From positions 682,001-746,000 of the forward strand of contig NW_027140825.1 in assembly GCF_036365525.1 (NCBI RefSeq): 64,000 bases of DNA. The letters are read 5' to 3'. Positions 11,929-24,854 of the stretch are shown in pieces. Source of the stretch: Heterodontus francisci. Lineage: Eukaryota. The notes beneath the pieces were generated by a model that was not told where the DNA came from, searched no databases, and was given only the letters and a program-made list of their open reading frames with translations. The position numbers were made by a program, and so were the translations under genes. Positions within the stretch are counted from its first letter, which is position 1. Each line of letters begins with the position of its first letter.

Positions 11929-14039
11929 CACAGTGATTCAGAAAGGCGCCGGAGTTCAGCAAAAACTCTAGACATTGTCAGAGCTCACTTGTGGGAGATA
12001 GACCTGTCTATCTGGGGTGTCATTCTAACACTCTGACGATCTGTCAGTTTCTATGTCTACTGTTGAATGAACTGGCTCTTTGACAGAGTTGTCTGACCAG
12101 TTCCCATTCACTGACCAGTTCTCCATTACATTAAGAAATCTCCCCTTCATCTACTTCTCCAATTGACATCTGGAAGTTACGATTGGATGGTCTTCCACCG
12201 CCCTTTCAGTCAGTGTCCTCCACATGATAACAATTCACTGAGGAGAAAGATTCCACTCATCTCCCACTCTGGTTCCTTTCCCAATTACCTTCAATTCTTG
12301 GTCCCTGGTTTATCGACCCTCCTGACAGTAGATACGACCCTCTGGATACAGTTTCTCTATCAAGACACTTCTGACAACATCTTTAAAATCTCCCCTTACC
12401 CTCATTACTCTAATGGACACAAGTCTATACAAATAGGAAATGGTTGATCTTGGAACCTTTAATCATGTCCCTGATGATTCATAAAGTGCAAAGGCGAAAC
12501 ACCTCTCCAGATCCGTCTCTGACTGGAACACCTGCCTCCAGACGGCAGCTTCAGCATCTGTTCAAAACTGTTAACCCACTTGTCTCTCAGTCTCTCGGTG
12601 TCTTTTGAAGAATTTTCACAATGACTGGAGTTCAGTGCGGTGAAGAACTTAACCCTTTAGCTCCCGTTTAGTACAAGTGGGGGAAGAGGGGGGGGGGGAG
12701 GTGTGGGCGGGGAAATGAAACTGTCTTGGCCCTGAAACAAGGCAGCAGGTTGATGGATCTTATTGGATCATAGAATCATGCAGGACAAATCCAGGCCATT
12801 CAGCCCATCGATCCTGGCCTGGCTGTTCGAAAGAGCGACCTCCTCCCATCTCTCTTCATCCTACCCTATCAACAGATTCTCCTATTCCTTTCTCACTCAT
12901 GTATTTATTGAGCTCCCCCCTTAACAGTATTGTCTCTATTCGACCTCAACCCATTCCAGTTGGTCGCTAATTCCACATTCTGACCGCTCCCTTGGTTAAA
13001 GAACCTCCTTCTGAATTCCCAATTGGATTTATTAAGGACAACCTTACATTTATGATCCCTCGTTTTCATCTTCCCTGTCCAATTACTCCCACTCCCTGTT
13101 CTTTCTGAATATCCCTGCACTTGATCTTGCAGCTTGTCTGCCTCCTTCCCGACATTACAACAGTGACTGCACTTCAAAATGTATTTGACTGATTGCGGAT
13201 TGAGTGAAGCAGAGAGCTGTCGGGCCGAATGGCGCGGAAGAGTGCATTAACTTCCATCTGGTTCTATGCCACAAGCGCAAACGGGAGTCGAGTAGGATAA
13301 TAAAGCCAATGACTGATACAATTTTAGAGTCTGAGACTGAAACGCCTGCAGAATCGGTGCTTGCAGTTGCACGTGGAGCCACTAGGTGCCAGTGTTACTC
13401 TACTGTCGCCGCTGCCCAGAACATGCTCAGACAGAGTGAGCTTTCCCCACAGCAGCTCTGCAGGTCAACTTGGCTGCTTCTGAAATGTTTCACTTCTCAA
13501 CTATTTCACACAAAATATTCTGGCAATGTCAAACAAATCAATGATTTGATATCAGGTAGATGATCTTTAAATCTGATCCTTTTGGGGTCATTAAGTGACA
13601 TTAATATCAGTCCAACCTTGAAATAGTTGCAGCCAGATGCCAGTTTGTAGATTTCCAGTTTCTATTTTACAATTACATAGTCCCAGGTGTTTGTAGGAAA
13701 CTAGGAGAGAGCCTGAATGTCCATCCTGACTTTAGCACAACTCCCACATGTATCGTGCCAAGTGTAAAGTAACATTTGCCCCCCATGTTCCCTGTTTCCT
13801 GGTGGAAAACGGCAGATCTGGTGCTCACTTCATGTGATCAAGTGAGGGACAGTTTTCAGAACAGAAGGCTTCACAATGACATGTTGTGATATCCTCACAC
13901 CGCTGGTGGAGGTGCTGTATTAATCAGGTCTGTTCTTTGAGGAGGTGAAACTCAGTATGTTGAGGTTTTAACAGCGGGTTTGCTTTTGCAGAATGGTGCA
14001 AAATAATAAATTAACCCGGAAGCTGGAGAGAGTTCACCT

Positions 14040-14650
14040 TCTTAGGCAGTTCCCCCTGCATTGAGGATGACTTGCTTCCACTCCGGTTCAATGGGTTCTG
14101 AGATGGCTGATGAGTCCAGTGTATGATCTGCAGACTCTGTCGCATGAGGGGCAGGCGGTGCTTTGAGGATCAGGCAGGTGAGTAGTTTTCAGGTTTGTGC
14201 GCTCCCTCCGATGCCTCGGCCTTACCTCTGCATGTTCCTTAAGTTCCTCGAGGTGTCCAATGCCTTCCCGTATGTCCTTTCTCCAACTGGGATGTTCAGG
14301 AGCCATGTTCTCCCAGGAGTCAATGCGGATGTTTCATCTCTCCAGGGATGCTGTGAGGACATCTCTAAAACGTTTCCGCTGTCCTCCTGGGAGTCTCCTG
14401 ACACGGCTAAGTTCTGAGTAGAACTGCTTCTTTGGGGAGTCTGGTGGCAGGAATGTGAATGACATGTCCCAGCCAGTGGAGCTGGTTTTGGGTGACTCGA
14501 ACCCTGACACTAGACAGATTGGTTTGGGAGAGGACGATGCTGTTGGACTACCTGTTTTGCCACTGGATTTGGAGGTTAATGCGGAGGCACCTCTGGTGTT
14601 ACTTCTCTTGTGCTTTGAGGTGTCGACTGTAGGTTCTCCAAGGTAAGGTC
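14040..14650 (-). mobile_element. RTE-clade LINE 3' fragment
   Basis: WRKDIREG...CPSCDRVCRSYTGLISHLRTH C-terminal zinc-finger-like motif. Confidence 0.75.
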
Positions 14651-15923
14651 AATGTGGAGGTGCATTTATTTACAGTGACTGACAGGACAAAGCAGTTCAG
14701 AGTTATCCACTGTCTAGACAAAGAACCACATACAGACTGACCTCAAACTCACGTAATTTTTCCACGAACTCAAAGAGCAGGGCCTGATCCACAGTTTTAT
14801 CATCATGTACCTGGGTTCCAAAATTGGAATTTGCACATGTTTGGCCTCCAACCTCCTTGGTTAAAACACACTGGGTGCACTGTGAACATTTCAGGACTCC
14901 TCATTCCTTGGTTAGACTTCATTTGGAGAACTGTGCACTGTTCCATTCTCATTATACATTGGTTAGATCACAACTGGAGCACTGAGCACAGTTCTGGCGT
15001 CTACATACATTGGTTAGACCACATTTAGATCACGGTATAATTATACATAACAGTAGAGATCGAACAGGCAGGGGTCCTTCTCTAGAAATGAGGGGTGCCC
15101 AGATAAGAAGTCTTTAATATTATTAATAGGTTTGATAGGATAGTCGTAGAGAAGATATTTTCACTTGAGGCCCAAGACCAGAACTATAAGGTATAAAATA
15201 CTCAGTACAAATCCAGACGTGAATTCAGGACAAACTTCATTACCCAGAGATTGGTGAGAATGGGGAACGAACCACCATAGGCAGTGGTGGAGGCAAATAG
15301 TATTCAGTGGGATACTAGTAGACATACGAGGCAGAAAGGATTGACAGGAGATGCTGAGAAGATGAGATAAAGAGGGATGAAAGGATGTATCTGTGGAACA
15401 TCAACACCTGTATAGATCCGTTCACCTGATGCTGTGTTCTATATTGTCTGCAATTCTATATAGTCAACGTCAGTATCTGAAAGAGGGGAGAAAGTTGGAA
15501 AGCCGATCTGGAACTTCCCAAGGAGTTCTACAGCCAATGAAGTGCTTCTGTTGAATTTCAGGCATGTTGGTCTTTATTGCAAGGGGGATGGGAGTACAAG
15601 AATAAGGAAGTCGTATTACACTTGTATTGGGTCTTGGTGAGAACACACCTGTAGTACTAGGTGCACATATTTGGAGAGAGCTCCGAATGATCGGGCTGCA
15701 GATGTCAATGACACAGAACTGCAGTTCCAGAAAGCGATTACCAGGAGTCTAACATTGGTCCCTCCCCGGAAATGAAAGAAAACTGGGTCCCGCTTATCCG
15801 AATGATAAAGTGATGGAGAAGGAAGCTGTGAATTTCAGTCAGTGCCCAGAACTTTGAGATACTCGACAATAAAAGTGCTCAGTCATTTCATATAAAACCA
15901 CACGGATCCTTCACCCTCCAGAG

Positions 15924-16537
15924 ATGTCTTTGTCTCAGCTCTGGGTTGTGTTGTTGGTGTTAACGGGTAAGGAGGTGTCTGAACTGTGAGGTGACAATGA
16001 TGTACATGTGTCTCTGCTTCTCAGTCTCTGTCTGTCTTTGTCTCTCTCCTTCTCCCTCTATAATTCTTTCTCTGTCTCTCATTCTCTCTCTATCTCTCTC
16101 TCTGCCTTTATCTCTGCCTCCAACTGGTCCCCACCTCTCTCTTTATCTCTCTGTCTGCCCGCCTCTACCTCTTCTTGTTGATATCTTTATTGACATTGTC
16201 CTTGGGTTTATCTCCCTCGTTCCCTCTCTGTTTTACAGAAGTGGGGGCCGTGTTGATCCAACAGACTCCTGCTTCCATATCCCATTCCCCAGGATCTCCA
16301 GTCAGGATCCAGTGTATTTACACTGAAGCAACTGCTACGTCCTATTTCTACTGGTACCGGTGGCATCCGGACCGTGAGCCCGAGAATCTTTTCTATTCCT
16401 ACCCCGCCGGAACGGTCAACCCCGCCGGTGAGGTGGACGGTTTCACCGCTAGGATACCCGACAACACCCATTTTTACCTGGAGTCCTCCAGCCTGTTGGC
16501 GAATCAATCAGCCGTGCATTACTGTGCCTGGAGTCAG
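15924..16537 (+). CDS. TRBV: TCR beta V segment V6 (CAWS family C), open; AVHYC variant
   Basis: Leader 15924-15966; V exon 16239-16537; RSS CACAGTG 16538-16544, 23 bp, GCAAAAACT 16568-16576. Confidence 0.93.
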
Positions 16538-19449
16538 CACAGTGACTCAGAAAGGCGCCGGAGTTCAGCAAAAACTCTAAACATTGGCAGAACTCACTTA
16601 TGGGAGATAGACCTGTCTATCTGGGCTGTCATTCTATCACTCTGACTATCTGTCAGTTTCTATGTCTACTGTTGAATGAACTGGCTCTTTGACAGAGTTG
16701 TCTAACTAGTTCCCATTCACTGACTAGTTCTCCATTGCACTAATAAATCTCCCCTTCATCTACTTCTCCAATTGACATCTGGAAGTTACTATTGGATGGT
16801 CTTCCACCGCCCTTTCAGTCAGTGCCCTCCACATGATAACAATTCACTGAGGAGAAAGATTCCACTCATCTCCCACTCTGGTTCCTTTCCCAATTACCTT
16901 CAATTCTTGGTTCCTGGTTTATCGACCCTCCTGACAGTAGATACAGCCATCTGGATACAGTTTCTCTATCAAGACACTTCTGACCACATCTTTCAAATCT
17001 CCCCTTACCCTCATTACTCTAATGGACACAAGTCCATACAAATAGGAAATGGTTGATCTTGGAACCTTTAATCATGTCTCTGATGATTCAGACAGTGCAA
17101 AGGCGAAACACCTCTCCAGATCCGTCTCTGACTGGAACACCTGCCTCCAGACGGCGGCTTCAGCATCTGTTCAAAACTGTTAACCCATTTGTCTCTCAGT
17201 CTCTCGGGGTCTTTTGAAGAATTTTCACAGTGACTGGAGTTCAGTGCGGTGAAGAACTTAACCCTTTAACTCCCGTTTAGCACAAGGGGGGAAATGAAAC
17301 TGGCTTGGCCCTGAAACAAGGCAGCAGGTTGACGGGTCTTATTGGATCACAGAATAATGCAGGATAGATCCAGGCCATTCAGCCCAACGATCCTGGCCTG
17401 GCTGTTCGAAAGAGCGACCTCCTCCCATCTCTCTCTATCTTGCACCATCAGCAGATTCTTCTATTCCTTTCTCACTCATGTATTTAATCAGCTCCCCCCT
17501 TAACTGCATCGTCTCTATTCGATCTCAACCCATTCCATTTGGTCGCCAATTCTACATTCTCAACGTTCCCTGGGTTAAAGAACCTCCTCCTGAATTCCCA
17601 ATTGGATTTATTAAGGACTACCTTACATTTATGATCCCTGGTTTTCACCCTCCCTGTCCAATTACTCCCACTCCCTTTTCTTTATGAATAACGCTGCACT
17701 TGATCTTGCAGCTTGTCTGCCTCCTTACCGACATGACAACAGTGCACTTCAATATGTATTTGACTGGCTGAGGCTTGAGTGAAGCAGGGAGCTGTCAGGC
17801 CGAATGGCGCGGATCTGTGCACTAACTTCCATCTAGTTCTGTGCCACAAGCGCCAAAACGAGTCGAGTAGGAGAAGATAACTAATGACTGAAACAGGTTC
17901 AGGGTCTGACACTGAAACGCCTGCAGAATCGGTGCTTGCAGTTGCAGCTGGAGCCACTAGGTGCCAGTGTTACTCCACTGCAGCCGCTGCCGAGAACATG
18001 CTCAGACAGAGTGAGCTTTCCCCACAGCAGCTCCACAGGTCAACTTGGCTGCTTCTGAAATTTTTCACTTCTCACCTATTTCACACAATATATTCCGGCA
18101 ATGCGAAAAAAAAACTCAATGATTTGATATCCCGTAGATGAGCCTTTAATATGATTGTTTAGGGGGCATTAAGTGACATTTATATCATTCCAACCTTGAA
18201 ATATTTGCACCCAGATGCCAGTTTGTAGATTTCCAGGTTCTATTTTACAATTACTTTCTCCCAGGTGTTTGTAGGAAACTAGGAGAGAGCCTGAATTTCC
18301 ATCGTGACTTTAGCACAACTCCCACATCTATCGTGCCAAGTCTAAAGTAACATTCCCCCCGCCCCCCACTCCCGTGCTCCCTGTTTCCAGGTGGAATAAC
18401 GGGAGATCTGGTGCTCACTTCATGTGATCAAGTGAGAGACAGTTTTCAGAACAGAAGGCTTCACACTGACATGTTGTGATATCCTCACTGCGCTGGTGGA
18501 GGGGCTGTATTAATCAGGTCTGTTCATTGAGGAGGTGAAACTCAGTTTGTTGAGGTTTTCAGAGCGGGTTTGGACGGATGATTTCCTTCCCGAAAAGACA
18601 TGAGTGAGCCAGCTGGGTGTCAGGACACCTTAACTGAGACTAGTTTTCAATTGCAGATTTTCTGATGAAATAATTGCATTTATTCATTAATTGAATTTAA
18701 ATTCCACCATCTGACCTGGTGGGATTCTAACGCATGTCCCCTGGAGATTCACCCCCGCCTCTGGTACACCAGCTCAGTGACATGACAACTACACCACCAT
18801 CTGCCCCAGGCTAGTCTGGAACGTGGGGCCATCGGGCCGAATAGCCTGAATCTGTGCTGCAATTTCTATCTAATTCGATGTCACTAGCGTCACCAGCTGA
18901 AGCAATGGATAAAAAATGGGAAGACGGAGCAATTTCAAAGCATGTCTTCATAATGCCTATTTTATGAATTGCACTTTGCAAATCTCAGGTGCCTGTAGTT
19001 ACACATTACAGCCACGAGATGGGGATGGAGCTCCACCGCAGCCTGAGTCCCACTTGCTTCTGGAGAGACTGAGCGAGCAATGCAGCAGTGACTTGACCCA
19101 TCTACCTAATAGTCAATTCCACTAACTCTGAAACAGATTAAAATTATAACCATTCCACACAAAATAGACAACTGGATTTCCCCAAGTCTGCTCGTTCATA
19201 GTGACTGGTTTGACCAACACTTGTGATATACTAAAACAGATGATCTGAAGGAAGTAAAGAGGGGAAGCAAAGTCAGAAAACAGTGAAAGAAAAATGGAGA
19301 AGGAGGAATTTTATATAAAGAAGCACATATTCAGGGATGTGCACATCACTGACAAGGTCAAAATTCATTACCTATGCCGAATTGCCCTGAACTGAATGAC
19401 TTGCTAGCCCATCTCAGAGGCAGTTAACAGTGAACTACATTGCTATCAG

Positions 19450-20200
19450 GTGATTCATTTTGGCAGAAGGGAGACAGAGAGGAAATACAGACTTAATGAC
19501 ACAGGCCTGAAGAGTGTTCAAGGACAGAGGGACCTGGGGGTTAATGTGCATAGATCTTTGAAGGTGGCAGGACATATGGAGAGAGAGGTTCACAAAGCTT
19601 ATGGGATCTCGAGATTTATAAATAGAGGTGTAGAGTTCAAAAGCAGAGAGATTGAGCGAAACATTTATAAGGCTCTTGTTCGGCCCCAACTTGAGTATTG
19701 AGTCCAGTTCTGGTCACTACACTTGAGGAAGGTTGTAGGGTCCTTGAGAGGGTGTAAAGGAGATGGATTGGGATGGTTCCAGGGATGAGAGATTTTAGCT
19801 GCATGATTCGGTTGTTGAAGCTGGGGTTGTTCTCCTTGGAGCAAAGGAAATTGAGGGGAGATTTGATAGAAGTGTACAAAATGAAGAGAGGTTTAGGTAA
19901 AGTAGACAATGAAAAGCTGTTCCCATGAGCTGATGGGTACAAGGGCTCGGGGACACAGATGTACGGTTTTGGGCAAGAGATACAGGGGTGAGGTGAGGAA
20001 TATCTTGTTTACGCAGTGAGGTGTAATGACCTGGAACTCACTGCCTACCAGGGTGGTGGAATCAGAGAGAATGAATGATTTCAATATGAAAATAGACAGG
20101 AACTTGGAGAGAAATAAACTTGCTTGAGGAATGGGACAAACTGGATTTCTGTACAGAGAGCCCGCATGGACTCGAAGGGCCGAACAGGCTCCTTCTCTGC
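19450..20200 (+). mobile_element. CR1-like LINE fragment
   Basis: HFGR...RDLGV...YKALVRPQLEY motifs, decayed. Confidence 0.85.
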
Positions 20201-21574
20201 TGTTCTGCCCCCGTACCCCGCCCCCAACAAGAGGAAGCAGTTTATCTCTATCTACCCTGTCAACCCATTCAATCGTTTTAAACACCTCAGTCAGATCACC
20301 GTTTAATCTTCTCTACCTGAGGGAATAAAGAACAAGCAATGTAAACATGTTGGGTGTTGCATTTCCTTCACACTTGATTGACTGATCAAAGATATTTTCA
20401 GATTCTCCGACCACAGGAAATCGATCATAGAATCAGAGACTGGTTACAGTATAGAAGGAGGCCATTCGGCCCATCGAGTCCATGCTAGCTCTCTGCAAGA
20501 TCAACCCAGCTAGTGCAACTCCTCCTATCTCCCCTGTTCATTCAATTTGTCGCCTTAACCACCTGTAAGTTCCTCTGCACTGTTTCCTTTGCATGCTGTT
20601 GTGGAAGGACTTTGTCAGCACAATACAGCAACAGAATCGCATTGTACAGAGAGACACAGAGACAGGAAAGGCACCGTCAGGATGTGTGGTTATCAGAGTG
20701 CAGCTGTAAATGTTTCAACATGTTCCCGGATGCAGCAAGAAAGAGAAACAGCCTGTTCTGTGGGTTTACCCTACACACATTTGTATTTTTCCACTCCTAG
20801 GGCTGAGGCAAAACAGTAGGTTAAAGGGTAAGGTAGCAAAGTGTTATGTTACTGGGCTAGTAATATAAGGGCCTGGGCTGATATCCTGGAGATGTGAATT
20901 CAAATCCCAGCATGCTAGATTATTTCTATTCCCTTCATTAGATAAAGCTGGAATTGATGAAAAGCTGCTCTCAGTCACGGTGAACATTAACCTACTGTCT
21001 TGGACTAAAACCTCATCTGTCACAGAGAGAAGGATACCTGCCATCCTTATCCGGTCTGGCTGAAGAGGTGACTCCAGTCCCACAACAATATGGTTGATTC
21101 TTAAAGGGCCCTCTGAATTGGCCGGGCAAGACAGTCGCTCGTACAAAAGCTGTGATGGGCACAGACAGCAATGGGGGTGGGCTCATCGCCGCCTTCTCAA
21201 GGGCAGTGAGGTGGTGGGCACTGAATGCTGCACATCAGAGGCACAACCACATCCTGTGACTGAAAGCAGATAGAGAGATTCAGAAAGAAAATAGAATAGA
21301 GGCCTCAACACGGGTGTTTTTACACTGCGTGGCCATTCCCCACTCCCAGACACATCATCTGGCCTGTTTCAATCTTTCCCCTCACTGCTCCGTTGCTAAC
21401 CCCAGCCTCCTCCATTCACGCGATACATGCACAGTCACTTGGGGGAGCTGCCATCCAGCATCCCTCATTAACATTCCCCAGTAACCCTCCATCCTAAACT
21501 CCCACAAAATGCTCATGTGCCTGCTGTGTTATTTCTACCAGCTTCACCAATCCCTTTCCACTCTCAATATGTTG

Positions 21575-22248
21575 AGGGTTTTCTCCTGCTGAGGTTGTTG
21601 TAGAATTTTTTGGTGTTTTTCTCAGACTGAAATTGTTGTTTTATTTGTTGGTGCCTTCTTCTGATTGAAGTTGTTGTTGAAATTGTTGCTGTTTTTCACC
21701 TGTTGAGGTTGTTGTTGAATTTGTTGGTGTTTATCTCCTGCTGAAGTTGTTGTTCAATTTGTTGCTGTTTTTCACCTGCTGAAGTTGTTGCTGCATTTGA
21801 TGGTGTTTTTCACCTGTTGAGGTTGTTGTTGAATTTTGTGGTGACTTTTCCTGCTGAAGTTGTTGCTGCGTTTGTTGGTGTTTTTCATCTGTTGAGGTTG
21901 TTGTTGAATTTGTTGGTGTTTTTCTCCTGCTGAAATTGTTGATTTTGTTTCCTGCTAATGTCGTTGAATTTATTGGTGTTTTTCACCTGCTGAGGTTTCT
22001 GTTGAATTAGTTGGTGTTTATCACCTGTTGAAGTTGTTGTTGAATGTTCTGGTGCTTTTTCCTGCTGAGGTTGTTGTTGAGTTTGTTGGTGTTTTTCACC
22101 TGGTGAGGTTGTTGTTGAGTTTGTTGGTGTTTTTCTCCTGTTGAAATTGTTGTTGAAATTGTTGATTTATTTTCCTGCTAATGTTGTTGAATTTATTGGT
22201 GTTTTTCACCTGCTGAGGCTTTTGTTGATTATTTTGGTGTTTTTCTCA
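21575..22248. repeat. ~38-bp GT-rich minisatellite
   Basis: Unit GTTGTTGTTGAATTTGTTGGTGTTTTTCACCTGCTGAG, roughly 17 degenerate copies. Confidence 0.9.
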
Positions 22249-22729
22249 TGAGCTGATGGTACAAGGACGAGGGGACATAGGTTCTTTTGCCCATGATTTC
22301 AAATCTGTGCCCCTCTGGTTACCGACCCTCCTGTCACTGCAAACAGTGTCTCATTACTTACCCTATCAAAACCCCTCATGGTTCTGAACACCTCTATTGA
22401 ATCTCCTCTTCACCTTCTCTGTGAAGAGGAAGACAGTCCTAACTCTTCCAAACTCTCCAAATAATCTACACCTCCACACATTGCACCCTTCAGGGGATTC
22501 CCGAACCTCTGGAATTGCTTGCACATTGCAAGTCATTGCTGTCCATTCAATATTCTTCACAACTAAGGAGGAACAATGTGCTTTGCATTGAGAAACAAGA
22601 GGTTCTATTGGACGGTCATGCAGTGACGGCATCTCCGCACTTCAACACCAGAGGAGGCGCAGAGGGAGGTAGAGAGGTCTGCAGAGTGTGACAAGGGGGC
22701 TGAGATAGGAGGCTTCAAATTCCCACATC

Positions 22730-22775
22730 ATGCTGTGTACTGTTTACCTACACCTGCTGTTTCTGCTGCTCCCAG
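22730..22775 (+). pseudogene. Extra/orphan V leader exon (family D)
   Basis: MLCTVYLHLLFLLLP + GT donor, same peptide as the V7/V8 leaders; ~100 bp of intron homology follows but no V exon of its own. Confidence 0.8.
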
Positions 22776-23556
22776 GTTACTGCTCCTATTTGGAGGGTAT
22801 TTCGGGCCCCGGTTAATCAGCTTTGAACATCAGCAACTCTTGTTGATATGAAAAGGTTCCAATCAGTTAAATCCTTCAGAGCTTTGGTCTTGCTATTGAT
22901 TTCGAGCAGGTTCATTTCTGTGCAGCGGACACCGAGCCTCCAGACATTCTCTGGTTCTTTGATGAATCACCTTCAATCCGTGTCCCATGTTTACTGACCC
23001 TTCTACCATTGCAAACAGATTCTCCTTATTTACTCTATCAAAACCCTTCCTGATTTTGAACCTCTATATCAAATCTCCTCTTAACCTTCTCTGCTGTCAG
23101 GAGTACAGTCCCAGTTTCTACATTACTAATACAGCTGTCCTATGATGGTGAAGGTTTATACAGAGAGGCCTGGCTTAACTATCCACTCACTGACCACCTG
23201 AAATGCTGATTGGTGAAATGAGTTCTCCCCCATGAGTTTCTACAGTTACTTCACATCAGATATCCCTCTATAAAGCACAGATTTGTCAAGCGTTCCAATC
23301 TTTCTGAACATCCCCAAACCCTGCAATAGATGGGACTTTGCAAGTCAGTCCTGTGTCATTCTAATTCTTACATTCAGACATTGGAAAGGAGGATCTGATT
23401 TGCTTGGATACACAAGGGTCGTTCTATTGGTTGCCCTTGCAATAACGTCACTTGCACCCTAGATGACAAAGACATGTGCAGGACCAATAGGACTGCAGTG
23501 TGTGTGAGAGCGGGACGAAGCTGGAAGGCTGAGAGCACGGTTCACATTCCTGCATC

Positions 23557-24724
23557 ATGCTGTGTACTGTTTACCTCCATCTACTGTTTCTGCTGCTCCC
23601 AGGTTACTGCTCATACTTGTAGGGAAATCCGGGCCCGGATTAATCTGCTTCTGGACAACATCAATTCTCATTGTTGCAGAAAGTCTTCAAACAGTTCGAT
23701 CACTTGGAGGATTCTTCACTGTTTGAAGCAGTGAATTGTTCTGCTCTGGAATACATTGTCTGAAAGCCGGGTGGATGCAATTGCAACCTTTTCTTTAAAA
23801 AAAAAGAGAGACCTGGATAAATTCCTGAATGGGCAATATTTGCAGGAATCTGGGTAAAGAGCAGGGGAGTTGGAATATTTGCAAAGGTTCTTCAAAGAGC
23901 TAGCACAGTCGCGATTGGCCGAAGGGCTTCCTGCTGAGCTGTATCATTCTCTGGCTCTGTAAATGCCTTTCTTTTGGGTCCTAATTGTTTCTTACTCTGT
24001 TCAATAATAAATGTAACTTGCCTTGTTCGCCCTGCCCATTACCTGAAGGTTGGCCAGTCCTAGGCAGCTGATTTTGGGCACATTGCCCACAATATCAATG
24101 AGCTGACCCAGTCAGTGTCGCTGGACTGGCGGACGGTGCAAGGACATTGCAATAGAGCCAGTGTTGGCGGCGGGGAAAGTGGGCAAGCTGGCTGACTTTT
24201 GTCCTCCCCAGCAATGGACACTGAGGCCAAGTGCAGCGATTTGGGCGCAGCTGCAGGTGTGCCCAGCGGATACTGAGCCTCCAGAGATGACCGGTCTGTA
24301 TGTTTGTTCAGTGAACTGATGGACTGTGGCGTGCATCGCAATTTTAAACATTAAGTATCTCTCTGTCCTTACTGTGCCTATTTAAATGTTTGATCCGATC
24401 TGTTTCTCATGTTCCTCCACAGCCCGGTCCAGGAGTGCCCTCCTTACTCAGTGGGGGAACCGGTTGATGGTCGCAGAGGGGACAACTGCGGAAATGCACT
24501 GTTTCCAGAATGACACCGGCGAGAGTTACATGTACTGGTATCGCCAGCAGAGCGGAGCAGGGTTACAGCTCATAGTGACCTCGATTGGTACATCTGATCC
24601 CAGGCCTGAAGAGGGTTTCAAGGAGAGATTTAAAGTCACCAGACCCGATTTTAAATCCTGCAGCCTGAAAATACTGAGGGTGGATCAGACTGACAGGGCG
24701 GTGTATTACTGTGCTGCTAGTGAT
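23557..24724 (+). CDS. TRBV: TCR beta V segment V7 (CAAS family D), open
   Basis: Leader 23557-23602; V exon 24423-24724 (LLTQWGN...MHCFQ...WYRQQ...AVYYCAASD); RSS CACAGTG 24725-24731, 23 bp, TCAAAAACA 24755-24763. Confidence 0.95.
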
Positions 24725-24854
24725 CACAGTGATTCAAACAGGTGCAGGGCTGGGTCAAAAACATACCACCCTCTTATACTGTGAGCTGTTAGAGAGGAAA
24801 AGTCAAGTAGGGAAACATGGAAACACAGAAAATAGGAGCAGGAGAATTCCACAG

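Noticed and set aside
12163-18141. Duplicated 94-119 aa ORFs downstream of V5 and V6
   Set aside because: Similarity is explained by the V5/V6 segmental duplication; no coding hallmarks.
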